Shown here: positions 1 to 11,404 of the stretch, one piece after another
Position numbering within the stretch: the first letter of the stretch is position 1
How the letters are laid out: every line of letters begins with the position of its first letter
Source of the DNA: Tubiluchus corallicola
Lineage: Eukaryota; Animalia; Priapulida
NCBI GenBank assembly: GCA_030141605.1
Contig: JAQGDQ010000298.1
Location: forward strand, 62,001 to 126,000
DNA: 64,000 nt
Reading direction: 5' to 3'
Notes under the pieces: generated by a model
Database searches by the model: none
Told to the model about the DNA's origin: nothing
What the model saw: the letters and a program-made list of their open reading frames with translations, nothing else
Program-made: the position numbers and the translations under genes

Positions 1-459
1 GTCTAGACTGGAGTATATATTCCTTTGAGTATATGGTTTAGAGTATTCCAAGGGTATCTGGTACTTGCCAAACTAAATTAATACCCTTTTCAAGTAATGC
101 TGTAAATCTAAACCTGACAATATCTACTTAAAGCAGAAGACAACAACCCGCAATAATTATTATTGAATTTCCAGTCAAAGATCCTTGGTTTAAAAACCTG
201 TCTTAGACGGATTTTTCCTTTTCCTTTTTTTTGGCTAAGTTTGTTTTCGAAAATTCGGTAACTAATGCTTTTCAATCTTCAGCAATAATTTTTTGCATCT
301 TAGTTATCATATCTGTAAACTGAAAGTGTTCAATGAACATATTGGCATAAGAACAGAAAACAAATCTAGTCAAATTGAGTTTTAGCAGTGCGTTGATCGC
401 ATCAATAGACAGTGTAAAGATGGAAACATCGTGTTGTAGCACTTTTAAATGAAGACATT

Positions 460-537
460 ATGAGAAACCAGTTTCGTGCTTTTCTCTTGTTTTTTCTCGT
501 GGTATTTTCGTCGGTTATTTTATATGGACTATATAAG
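460..537 (+). CDS. FUT10: FUT10/FUT11-like fucosyltransferase, coding exon 1 (cytoplasmic tail and TM anchor)
   Basis: ATG at 460 gives MRNQFRAFLLFFLVVFSSVILYGLYK, a type II membrane anchor; donor AAG|GTAATA at 537/538, phase 0. Confidence 0.75.
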
Positions 538-1529
538 GTAATAGGATTATAGTAAATCTAAGCTAACCTCTGTACTGATTGATAAAGTCATGGAGGCTAC
601 CTCACAGTACAGTAGTCAGTAGGTCTCCAAAAGCTAATTAAACATAATAAAATATATCAAGGAGACACACATTCAGGTACTAACTAAAAACAAGAAAAAA
701 TATCATTCTTTGTAATTATGATCAATATATCATACTCTATACTTTCTAAATAGATATGAATTGTATTTTTGCTGCATTGCTTGTGAGAGTTAATGCCTGT
801 AATGTCTGCAATTGCTTAAAGATCTTTATTGCAAGAACAGAATATTACCTGTCTTCTTTGTTTTTTTACAAGCAACGTTGTTTCCATTTACTGATTAAGA
901 AATTTATGTCTCATTCGCGTTACCTTGTTGGTTAACATCTTTGAATGCAATCTTATGCGACAAGTTTAATCTTTGCGTATTCTATTAATGTTAGAAATTA
1001 AGAACGGTGGCAATACTGCAAATGAGATAGTACATGGACTTTGTAAAACGTTAACACATATTTAGGATAAAGATTAACAAGGGATTAACAAGGATATTCA
1101 TTGGTCTAGAAGTCCATTAATCATGACTTCAAACTGATTTGCTTTTTATTATATGTGCACAAGATTACCAACTGATAAATTTAACAAATATTTTGCCAAA
1201 TAAGCAGGTTGTCAAGTTGCTGATTATTATTCGTTTGTACATACCTACTTAACAGGGCACTTAATTTTCTTTAAATTTGGACGGGGTGGCTGACCTGGTG
1301 ACCGTTGGTCTTTTCGCCATGCCGTCTTTTTTCCATCTTTATTATAGTTTTTTGCTTTTGCTTATTTTCATTTTGTAAAAATTTACAGACAAATAAATGA
1401 TTTACTTAATTATTTTATCTTGAAAATATATAGTTAACATTTTCTTGCCAATTACATTGTTTCTATGTAGCATTTGAAAAGAAAAGTTTATCAGTTCATT
1501 TTGCATTCATTTGAGTGTATTTTTTGTAG

Positions 1530-1590
1530 TTGATTTTGGGTGATGGCGACGATTGGTCAGGCAGCGAAGCATTTCATGGAACCAGATATG
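1530..1590 (+). CDS. FUT10: FUT10/11-like exon 2 (stem region)
   Basis: Acceptor tttttgtag|, LILGDGDDWSGSEAFHGTRY-G, donor G|GTAAAT; phase 0 to 1 joins exons 1 and 3 in frame. Confidence 0.65.
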
Positions 1591-2340
1591 GTAAATATCA
1601 TTTAAAGCATCAAAGAATCATCATCACATGCAAAAATAATGACATGCATGAAATTTTACATTTTCCCAAATTTTACACAGTTATGCAGTGCTTGCACACT
1701 GCTTCCTGCTTGGTTGGATGGCTATGAGCAATTCAATTTTTTTCACCCATGTACAAATTTGCTGATATTAATAATAATAAATTTATTTGGAAGTGCAAAT
1801 ACAATATCTAGAAACACTGAGAAAAATAGACATTTATAATAATGATTTAATTTTGATATGACAGCGTGCATATAATAAATGGCAAGAACCAGAAGTAAAG
1901 CTTGTTAGATGCTTGCACCATTGTAAACACGTCCAAATAATAATCGAAAAAAAAGGAATAAAAAACGAGGGTTTTAGGTAATTTAAAAATAAAGTTGTGC
2001 AAAGCAAGGATAGAAGTGATACATAAAAGAATGTTCAAAAGGATAGGAAGAGTGGCTTGTGGAGATTCAGCTCATGAGATGACGGAGCACTCTGGATTCT
2101 ACTCAAAAAGAACACAAGATTATGACTGTTGTGTCACAGGAACAATAGGTAGTTCCCGATACTAATTTGTATAAGAAGCAAACAGATATTGTTTAACTGA
2201 CGATTTAAAGTGGTAAATGTTACACTGGTACTTTACATTGGGTGGTTGTGAGTTCCAAAGTTTAGGTCCACTATAGCTAATGAAATGTTTTGCAGTATTA
2301 CAAAGCTATTTGTTTATGTTAATTGTTTTGACCCTTGCAG

Positions 2341-2501
2341 GTCATGCGGTCAATACAGTTCCGAAACGAGTCTCCTCTGGAGATCCAGTCATTTTGTGGT
2401 GGACACCATTTACCGGTCAGGTGGGAGCACGGAGACGATGTGGATCACATTATTGTTACATTACTCAAAATCGGCACTTTCAAACACATCCTCAAACTAA
2501 G
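2341..2501 (+). CDS. FUT10: FUT10/11-like exon 3
   Basis: Acceptor cccttgcag|; PVILWWTPFTG...C...CYITQNR is the FUT10/11 N-terminal signature; donor AAG|GTGCAG. Confidence 0.9.
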
Positions 2502-2622
2502 GTGCAGTATGTTTCAAATTTTTTTTTGGAATATGAAAAACCTTAGACAATGGTAAATGCTTTAGATTGATTCTCTGAAACTGTCCACATGTACATAGGT
2601 AGTATCATATATGATGTAAATA

Positions 2623-3129
2623 CAGTAGTACCTCTGTTTTCAACCATAATTCGTTCGTAAAAAGTGTTTGAAAACCGATTTCGTTTAGAAGCGAATCATT
2701 TATTCTCGTAAGAAATAATGCAAAAGCAAATAATCCGTTCTCAAGCGCCACATGAACTGTAAAGTATTACTAAAATGAAATACAATAATTCAAAAATGTT
2801 TAATCAACAGTAGATATGATATAATTGATAAGAAAAACATAATAGAATTACTGTGAAAGAAAAACATAATTATTCCTGCATGAAAAGGTGGAGAAACGTA
2901 AGCGTAGAAAGTATTTAGCGATATTACGCGATTCAAATCTTGTGCGTGATTACTCTCGGTCGGTTATGCTCGGCTCTACTCGGCTCGCCGCGCATGTGTT
3001 CATCACGTGTTTGGCGGTTGGTCGAGTACCGAAATTCTCGTTGAGAGCGGAGACAATTTCAGCTCGAATTTTCTGATTGAAAACCGATTTGTACGAGTAC
3101 GGACACGTTTGAAAATGGAGGTATGACTG
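2623..3129. mobile_element. Tc1/mariner-pogo (Tigger-like) MITE
   Basis: TA|CAGTAGTACCTCTGTTTTCAA ... TTGAAAATGGAGGTATGACTG|TA imperfect TIRs with TA target duplication; in FUT intron 3. Confidence 0.75.
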
Positions 3130-3278
3130 TAGGTAGTATCGTACATGTAGGGTGTTGGGCAGACAATGTTTTTCATTATCTACAAAACCTAAAATTGTAA
3201 AGTTTGTAAAATGAGACTAGATCAAATGTAAAAATTAAATTTACTAAATTATAATTTTGTTAAGATTTTTGCTGACCG

Positions 3279-3811
3279 GATCAAATGTGGATCCAAGAAG
3301 GGGAGTTTTATTGTTCTCCAGATCAAATGCGGATCCAAGAAGGGGAGTTTTATTGTTCTCCAGATCAAATGCGGATCCAAGAAGGGGAGTTTTATTGTTC
3401 TCCAGATCAAATGCGGATCCAAGAAGGGGAGTTTTATTGTTCTCCAGATCAAATGCGTATCCAAGAAGGGGAGTTTTATTGTTCTTCAGATCAAATGCGG
3501 ATCCAAGAAGGGGAGTTTTATTGTTCTCCAGATCAAATGCGTATCCAAGAGGGGGAGTTTTATTGTTCTCCAGATCAAATGCGGATCCAAGAAGGGGAGT
3601 TTTATTGTTCTCCAGATCAAATGCGGATCCAAGAATGGGAGTTTTATTGTTCTCCAGATCAAATGTGGATCCAAGAGGGGGAGTTTTATTGTTCTCCAGA
3701 TCAAATGCGGATCCAAGAAGGGGAGTTTTATTGTTCTTCAGATCAAATGCGGATCCAAGAAGGGGAGTTTTATTGTTCTCCAGATCAAATGCGTATCCAA
3801 GGAGGGGAGTC
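3279..3811. repeat. 42-bp minisatellite, ~12.7 copies
   Basis: Unit GATCAAATGCGGATCCAAGAAGGGGAGTTTTATTGTTCTCCA; intronic, ends ~90 bp before the exon 4 acceptor. Confidence 0.97.
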
Positions 3812-3900
3812 GATCTAGTCAAGCTCAGCTTTGAATGTGTTATAATTTTTTATTTTTACTTGCCTATGATATTTTTATTGAAAATGATTTTTCTTTTCAG

Positions 3901-4304
3901 GTTTTTATGTTCTACGGAACAGATTTTAAAGCAGACGACATTCCGCTACCTAGGGAGCCTCGACACCTGTGGGCGCTGCTGCACGAAGAATCTCCAAAAA
4001 ATAACTACCTCTTCTCGCACGAGGACGTTCTTGTCTTTTTCAACTATACTGCCACTTTTCGACAGAAGTCGGACTTTCCGTTGACGTTGTTGTATCTGGA
4101 AAGCTTAGAGTATTTGACGTCCAGTGAATTTGTGGTGCCAATAGAGAAGAAAAATGAATTACTAAATGTTCTAGCTCCGATTGTTTACGTGCATTCAGAC
4201 TGTGACACTCCATCAGGCAGAGATGAATATGTGCAAGAACTCATGAAATATATCAAGATTGATTCATATGGTAAATGCCTGCATAACATCGACTTGCCAA
4301 AACA
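3901..4304 (+). CDS. FUT10: FUT10/11-like exon 4
   Basis: Acceptor ttttcag|; FYGTDF, WALLHEESPKNN, FNYTATF, SDCDTPSGRD, IDSYGKCLHN motifs typical of FUT10/11; donor CA|GTGAGT. Confidence 0.95.
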
Positions 4305-4795
4305 GTGAGTATCTATATAATGAACTTTTAATTTTGTTCCCTAGTATAATATGAGATGTCGTCCTTTGTTTGTAAACGTGTAAATATTTTGTTTTTTGGG
4401 TTTTTTGTGAATATTTTAATTGTAAACCAATTTTTATTACAGGCACATAAAAACATTTATAGCTAAAAAGAATTCAACTTTATTAAAACTTTTACAGAAA
4501 AAAATTAAAAGTTAAAATCATGCCAAGCATCTTAATTTTTTAATGTAAAAGTTTTAATGAAGTTGTTTTTAACGGTGAATACTTTACTTGTAATTTTGTG
4601 AGCATGTGTCTTATGTAAATGACTGTAACAATTTGTACTAATACTTACCCAATAAATATATCGAATATATCAAATAATTATATAATATCATATAAAGTGC
4701 AAGTATAGTAAATGAACGTGTAGGATGTTCGTGCATTACTGATTATTTACATTGTTTGATTCGCAAAATCTTTGCAGGGACTTTGCATTTCTTAA

Positions 4796-5392
4796 CCCTT
4801 ATAGGGTCACGATTTTTTACAACCGATTTTGGTAACTGGGGGTAAAAAATTACCCCCACCATAATTCGTAAATTACTTTTGATAAACCACCGTGTTTCAT
4901 TAGTAAACAGCAACAGCAAAATTTGTGATTATGCTGACCACCATAGGATACATTATACCTCTGCTTAAAGACATGTGACTTACTAGTAATACGAAATTTA
5001 ATTTCACTTAGTTACGTTCCCTTATCTATGCTGGAATAACTGTGGACAACTGACATGCGTGTGCAAAAATTATTGTTATTTTGAATTATTTTGACTAGTT
5101 CTACGTCAGCATACAGACGTCTGACATTTTGTTTTATCAGATACATCGCCCGTATAATGTATAGACAAGCGAAGTAAAGTTTTGACAATTTTAAAAAATC
5201 GACCTATTGCATTTTCACTTTTATTTCGTGGTGAGACAATGCGCCTAAAATAAATAACTGAATGTATTTTGTTCACAAAAGATATTAAGAAAAAGTCATA
5301 GAAACGGTTTACTGGGATGCATTTGATAAAAGGGTAAAATGCAAAAAATCGGTCTGGGGGTAATGTTTTACCCCCCGGTGACCCTATAGGGG
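4796..5392. mobile_element. piggyBac-type non-autonomous element, copy 1
   Basis: TTAA|CCCTTATAGGGTCAC ... GTGACCCTATAGGGG|TTAA; TTAA TSD, CCC/GGG ends; second copy at 35426-36036. Confidence 0.88.
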
Positions 5393-6282
5393 TTAAACTC
5401 CAATGGTTGACGTCACGATCTAAAGCTGTTATATAAGGATCATAGCACACGTGATTCTGAATGATGAATTGTGAACTTCACTTTCAAACACGAAAGTTTA
5501 TATTTAAGCAAAACGAAATAGTGTTTAACTCATGAATGGTCGTCGACTTTATCAGTTTTTTAACGATAAACGCAATAATACCGTTGCACTTCATAGGTGC
5601 CTGTTTGTGACGAGTGAATGGAAATATTTTGCAAAAATGGAAAACTTCAACATTTGCTGGTAATTTTAGAGCACACCATGATGATGTGTAGAATATATAG
5701 TAGTTTGAGTTCATGACAGCATTATCTGTAGGTTGAATTTTCGATAAACATCTTAAAACACATTGACTGAAATTGTATTTTTTATGACAAATTATTTTTA
5801 ATTTTTAATGTCTTTTAAATTTTATGTTTCTTATGAATTTTAAATGTATTTTAGTGTTCAGCGTGCTGAGATTTTAAATGATGTAGTGCGCTATATAAAT
5901 AAGCTTTACATTACATTACATTACGTTGCATTACATGAATGTCTAGGTCATAAAAAGCAATAGCAATATGACCCACTACAAGGAAACTACCAGATTCTAG
6001 AACTAATTAATCACTAAGCAGATAACTGCTAATATCATATATATTAATTCCGGTGGTATATACATATATATATATATATATGGATATATAACTGACGAGG
6101 CTACAGCTCCAACGACGGCAAAATTTTAACGATAAACAACGATAAACCCACATAATCTTGGCTTTACTTTTTAATGGAATATTCATGTACAAAACTGCAT
6201 AGCTCATGTGGAAAAATGTACAGCATATGTTTTTATCGTCTACTGTTTTTTCTAACTTCATTTGTTATTTTTTATTTCAAAG

Positions 6283-6457
6283 CTTAGAAGATCCTGTTGA
6301 TGGTATGCACCACAAAGATTTTTACGGCATTCTAGCCAACTATAAATTCATGCTTACTTTTGAAAATGCAGTCTGTGATGATTACATTACCGAAAAGCTA
6401 TGGCGATCTCTGCATTTGGGAGTAGTGCCCATCTACCATGGTGCAACCAATGTCCAG
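6283..6457 (+). CDS. FUT10: FUT10/11-like exon 5 (alpha-1,3-FucT motif)
   Basis: YKFMLTFENAVCDDYITEKLWR is the GT10 GDP-fucose-binding motif; acceptor ttcaaag|, donor CAG|GTAATC; phase fits exon 4. Confidence 0.93.
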
Positions 6458-7396
6458 GTAATCTGGCCGCGTGTTGGTTTGCAGAAATTTCTGAATTTTA
6501 CAACAAAAATGTGAATAGGATGCTAAGTGAATTTGCATTTTTTTTCAGCGAGGCGCATCACGACAAAATTACCTATTATGGTACCTTAGTCATTTCAGAA
6601 AAGAAGTCCAGGAATATGTCTAATGTTAGTGTGCTACTGTCAATTGTTTCGTTTATGTAACTTACTATAAGTGTTCAATTTTTCTTCAGTAACATTACTC
6701 GGTAATGAAAACACAAACAGAAACATAAATAGATAATGTAGCAGGCATATTTAGAATTCGTGAGAGGGCCACGGCGTCTCGTGACAGGCGTTTTCCCGGA
6801 CCCAAGTCGTGATTTTTTTGAAATTTTGATCAGACGGCATGTGGAAAAAACGTTCGCTAGTGATGCTTAGTGGGACTTTCGAAAGGAGATATATCGCTCT
6901 TTAGAAAGAGCAAAAATAGGGCTACACGTTGGTGTGGGCGATGCTTTGGAACATGTCCACCAAGAGGAGTGACGACGAGTTAGTTAGATGTTCTATTTTC
7001 AGCAATTTTCGCTTGGAAAACTGCTGATGCAAAGCCATTGTTCTGACGTCATCCATTGTACTCTGCTTATAACCTCATAACTTGAATTCAGTAAAAGCTG
7101 CTACTGGCTTTGCATTATAAATGAGGACTGTGTAGGATGTTCGCGCATTGTTGATTATGAGTGTATTTATACGCAAAATTTTTTGCGGGGCCTTTGCTAT
7201 TATGTAATTAAAGTTGAAGTCGTAAGGATAAATCCCAATTCGTGTTGTCAGGCAGGATCGGATTATCCTATATTCTGTTCTAGAATATCTCTTGTATAGT
7301 GACACTAAAAGAAAAATTGAAGATGTTCGTTGTTAAATTTTTCACATTAATTTTGGTGATAACTACTACTAAAATAATGATTTTATTTCCATTCAG

Positions 7397-7867
7397 GATT
7401 GGTTACCAGACGAGAATTCGGTGATTAATGTTGATGACTTTCCGACTCCTGAGTCTCTAGCAGAATTTCTACAGCAGCTCAATACCGATGATGAACAATA
7501 CTTATCCTATCTCAGTTTTAAGAAAAATGGCGTCAAAAACCAGCGATTGAGCAATGCGATGAAACAGCGAAAGTGGGGCATCAACAACGATTTCGAAAAG
7601 GGAAATTTCGTTGAGCACTACGAATGTTTCGTGTGTGAAATGGCTCACAAGCATACAGGCACACACATTGCGTCCTTGGAACATTACGGTTGTCCCGGCC
7701 CAGAGCAGACAGGCCTTAATGGTGTGGTACAATCGCTGTGGAAAAACATTTACGACCAATCTGTGATCGAAGCAAAAGCATTCCAGCAATTAACTCAGCG
7801 AAATTCGGTTTATTCCTCCCAAGAATTTTATGATTTGGTGGGAAATTTGTTAGCTAATCAAGATTGA
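7397..7867 (+). CDS. FUT10: FUT10/11-like terminal exon 6
   Basis: Acceptor ccattcag|; DWLP..SVINVDDFPTPESLAEFL...YLSY...FVEHYECFVC; TGA at 7865-7867. FUT10 vs FUT11 orthology not resolvable by eye. Confidence 0.92.
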   Translation, partial: DWLPDENSVINVDDFPTPESLAEFLQQLNTDDEQYLSYLSFKKNGVKNQRLSNAMKQRKWGINNDFEKGNFVEHYECFVCEMAHKHTGTHIASLEHYGCPGPEQTGLNGVVQSLWKNIYDQSVIEAKAFQQLTQRNSVYSSQEFYDLVGNLLANQD

Positions 7868-8186
7868 GGTGAAGTGAACACCGTCTCGTGTCATTACCTT
7901 TTAGCTACTACTGTATCTAGTTAGTACAAAAATTACGCTTTAGAAAGTTACTATCTAGCAAGACATTGTTCTACTTACCAGTATTGTGGACCTTAAATGA
8001 ATTTTTCTAACTCTCTGAACTTTCTAACTTTTTCTTAACTCTAAAATAAATTCAAACTCTTCAAATTAGTTTTAAGTATAAAATATTTCTTTTTTACAGG
8101 GGGTGTAAGATTAATAGCGTCGTTAATGTTTTCTCCTTTTTATACGCTTCGGCACGCTGCAAGCCAGAATCCAGCTTTCAGCAGCG

Positions 8187-9543
8187 AAGCCTAGTCACTG
8201 GTCACTGGTGTTTGTGACAAGATCAGAGTCTAGTCACTGGTCACTGGTGTTTGTGACAAAACCAGAGCCTAGTCACTGGTCACTGGTGTTTGTGACAAGA
8301 CCAGAGCCTAGTCACTGGTCACTGGTGTTTGTGACAAGACCAGAGCCTAGTCACTGGTCACTGGTGTTTGTGACGAGACCAGAGCCTAGTCACTGGTCAC
8401 TGGTGTTTGTGACAAGACCAGAGCCTAGTCACTGGTCACTGGTGTTTGTGGCAAAACCAGAGCCTAGTCACTGGTGTTTGTGACAAGACCAGAGCCTAGT
8501 CACTGGTCACTGGTGTTTGTGACAAGACCAGAGCCTAGTCACTGGTGTTTCTAACAAGACCAGAGCCTAGTCACTGGTCACTGGTGTTTGTGACAAGACC
8601 AGAGCCTAGTCACTGGTCACTGGTGTTTGTGACAAGACCAGAGCCTAGTCACTGGTGTTTGTGACAAGACCAGAGCCTAGTCACTGGTCACTGGTGTTTG
8701 TGACAAGACCATAGCCTAGTCACTGGTCACTGGTGTTTGTGACAAGACCAGAGCCTAGTCACTGGTGTTTGTGACAAGACCAGAGCCTAGTCACTGGTGT
8801 TTGTGACAAGACCAGAGCTTAGTCACTGGTGTTTGTGACAAGACCAGAGCCTAGTCACTGGTCACTGGTGTTTGTGACAAGACCAGAGCTTAGTCACTGG
8901 TGTTTGTGACAAGACCAGAGCCTAGTCACTGGTCACTGGTGTTTGTGACAAGACCATAGCCTAGTCACTGGTCACTGGTGTTTGTGACAAGACCAGAGCC
9001 TAGTCACTGGTGTTTGTGACAAGACCAGAGCCTAGTCACTGGTCACTGGTGTTTGTGACAAGACCAGAGCCTAGTTACTGGTCACTGGTGTTTGTGACAA
9101 GACCATAGCCTAGTCACTGGTCACTGGTGTTTGTGACAAGACCAGAGCCTAGTCACTGGTGTTTGTGACAAAACCAGAGCCTAGTCACTGGTCACTGGTG
9201 TTTGTGACAAGACCAGAGCCTAGTCACTGGTGTTTGTGACAAGACCAGAACCTAGTCACTGGTGTTTGTGGCAAGACCAGAGCCTAGTCACTGGTCACTG
9301 GTGTTTGTGACAAGACCAGAGCCTAGTCACTGGTGTTTGTGACAAGACCAGAGCCTAGTCACTGGTCACTGGTGTTTGTGACAAGACCATAGCCTAGTCA
9401 CTGGTCACTGGTGTTTGTGACAAGACCAGAGCCTAGTCACTGGTCACTGGTATTTGTGACAAGACCAGAGCCTAGTTACTGGTGTTTGTGACAAAACCAG
9501 AGCCTAGTCACTGGTCACTGGTGTTTGTGACAAGACCGGAGCT
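8187..9543. repeat. 39/32-bp minisatellite, ~37 copies
   Basis: Unit GAGCCTAGTCACTGG(TCACTGG)TGTTTGTGACAAGACCA with an optional 7-bp internal duplication. Confidence 0.97.
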
Positions 9544-9599
9544 GGACTCATTGTCAAGGGTATGTCAATATGATGAAATCATAGTGAACTGGCAAATAT

Positions 9600-9747
9600 G
9601 CCACGCACGTTTGAATGCAAATACATCCTTCCTGAACGAGGTTAACAGCCATAATTAGTATGGTGAATGAAACCTCCCAAAGCAGGTGTTGAACCCAGGT
9701 GGTCACAAACCATTCACTCACACCATGACCACTCAGCTATTATCAGC
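9600..9747 (-). mobile_element. Probable tRNA-derived SINE head (degraded)
   Basis: Minus strand TAGCTGAGTGG (A-box-like) followed ~35 nt later by GGTTCAACACC (B-box-like); no clean cloverleaf; 3' boundary approximate. Confidence 0.4.
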
Positions 9748-10232
9748 TTTTTGATAAGTTATGCAAAACACTTGCTACCATCCATTGACAAAAAAGTACA
9801 TGTATTGTAGATTAATGCCACTTTGATTTTATAATATTTTAATCTTTTAAATAAATATACATTTTATTGGTTGCATCCAGCTGTGCATAAGACTTGTAAC
9901 AGGTGGTAAAATGTAACCATTTCAGAAAGTGTCTACTGAATTTTATAATGAAATGGTTTTATATTGGGATCGTTTTTGAGCAAAAAAATTTGCAACTTCC
10001 ATGTGTCCATGTCCTCCAATGTCTCCCGTTGGGCCCGATTCGAAAAATAAACTCCCATTGGCACGACACTAGATCGAGACCTTTTGTTTGATATATAGAT
10101 CGCCGCAAATGGTGCCGTCATTGTAGCTGTAGCCTCGTATCTTATGTATATATATTAAGCCCATACCACCGAAATTAATATATACGACTGTAACAACTTA
10201 CTGTAACACTGTCATGATTAGGAGTTATGCAA

Positions 10233-10431
10233 GTTGTTGTTGGCATCCTTCTGTCTCCGAAGACAATGGAGTGTGAGCCAAGAGAGTCAGTTATTGATCA
10301 CATTATTCCGATCACATATCAGCACCTGGTATTCCTAGGCGGTCACCTATCCAAGTGCTAACCAGGCCCTACGTTGCTTAACTTCGGTGATCAGACGAAA
10401 ACTGGTGTTTTCAACGTGATATGGCCGTAGC
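10233..10431 (-). mobile_element. 5S rRNA-derived SINE (SINE3-type) with (CAA)n tail
   Basis: Minus strand 10431-10320 reads GCTACGGCCATATCACGTTGAAAACACCAGTTTTCGTCTGATCACCGAAGTTAAGCAACGTAGGGCCTGGTTAGCACTTGGATAGGTGACCGCCTAGGAATACCAGGTGCTG (5S rRNA-like); then ~85 nt unique tail ending GAAGGATGCCAACAACAAC; flanked by AGTTATGCAA / AGTTACGCAA TSD. Confidence 0.85.
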
Positions 10432-10441
10432 AGTTACGCAA

Positions 10442-10700
10442 GTACACTCGTAGAAACCCCGTATTTTTTCCATAAAATTGTTGATTAAGGATTCAAATTT
10501 TACTATGGTTAGTGCGGGAATCACCAAGGCAGGCAGATTATCCCATTCATTCACAACTCTCGCTGTAAATGAATATTCATAAATGTCAAGACGTGTTATG
10601 ACTTCTGCATAGCAAACTGATCGTGCATTCAAGACTGATTTTTTTCTCACTATGCATCTGTGTAAAGATATCAACCATTCCTATTTACATATTTACGAGT
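10442..10700 (-). mobile_element. CR1/L2-type LINE 3' remnant
   Basis: Translation RLDIYEYSFTARVVNEWDNLP..V..A.T...F matches the CR1-clade ORF2 C-terminal F..RV...WN.LP motif. Confidence 0.65.
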
Positions 10701-10957
10701 TATAATTTTTTTGTATCTTAATAATCGAAGTAAAATATTTTTTGATTTGTGCTGCACTGTCGTGGTTCAGTCCTTTATTAGTAAAATTTCAATATATACA
10801 GCAACTACAATTGTAATGTAGGTGCTGATTATTTCAATGGTGCTCACACTAGATATTAGCACTTTTACCGTAAAAGTCTTACATACTTGTAGTTGTGCCA
10901 TCTTCAACTCATTTTGCATGATAGTAAAGAGTAAATCCTGGAAATAGGCATTTCACT

Positions 10958-11404
10958 CAGTGGCAGCTTGTGTATAGGTACTGTGGTACTGCAGCACCCC
11001 CTATTTTTACTCAATAGTATCGATAATATTCAATATAATAAGTATTTTCTTTAGTTCTTGCTTTATACTTTATGTATGATCCAGAGCACGTGAGAGTAAT
11101 ACAGTTTACTTCACAACCCAGCACAGTGTGCTCCAACAACGCTGTGTTTGACTGTTGTGCGCATGCGACCATGTCTAAGCCCAGGTAGAGAAAGTACTGT
11201 CGCTCACACAGTTTGTTGTCAGTTGTCACATGCTTACCGCGAATGGATCAAGTATAACCTGCGACAATTTAGGCTATTAGTAAGCAAAAAATATTTTTTA
11301 CAACACAACGATTACACATGTTCGTTACGTTTTACCTTATATTACAACGACTAAAAGTTTTCGGAAGGAGCACCCCCACCAATTTTAACTATGAGCCGCC
11401 ACTG
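10958..11404. mobile_element. hAT-type MITE, family A copy 1
   Basis: CAGTGGCAGCT ... AGCCGCCACTG TIRs; degenerate 8-bp TSD ATTTCACT/ACTTCAAT; internal sequence shared with 39519-40001. Confidence 0.75.

Noticed and set aside
3244-4084. Several long ORFs on both strands with 14-aa repeats
   Set aside because: They arise from the 42-bp intronic minisatellite (unit divisible by 3); the real exon starts at 3901
8208-8483. 91-aa repeat ORF (VFVTRPEPSHWSL)n
   Set aside because: Translation of the 39-bp array; frame broken by 32-bp units
10320-10431. Functional 5S rRNA gene
   Set aside because: Solitary, 3' end replaced, no oligo-T terminator, flanked by a TSD with a LINE-like tail; a retroposed element
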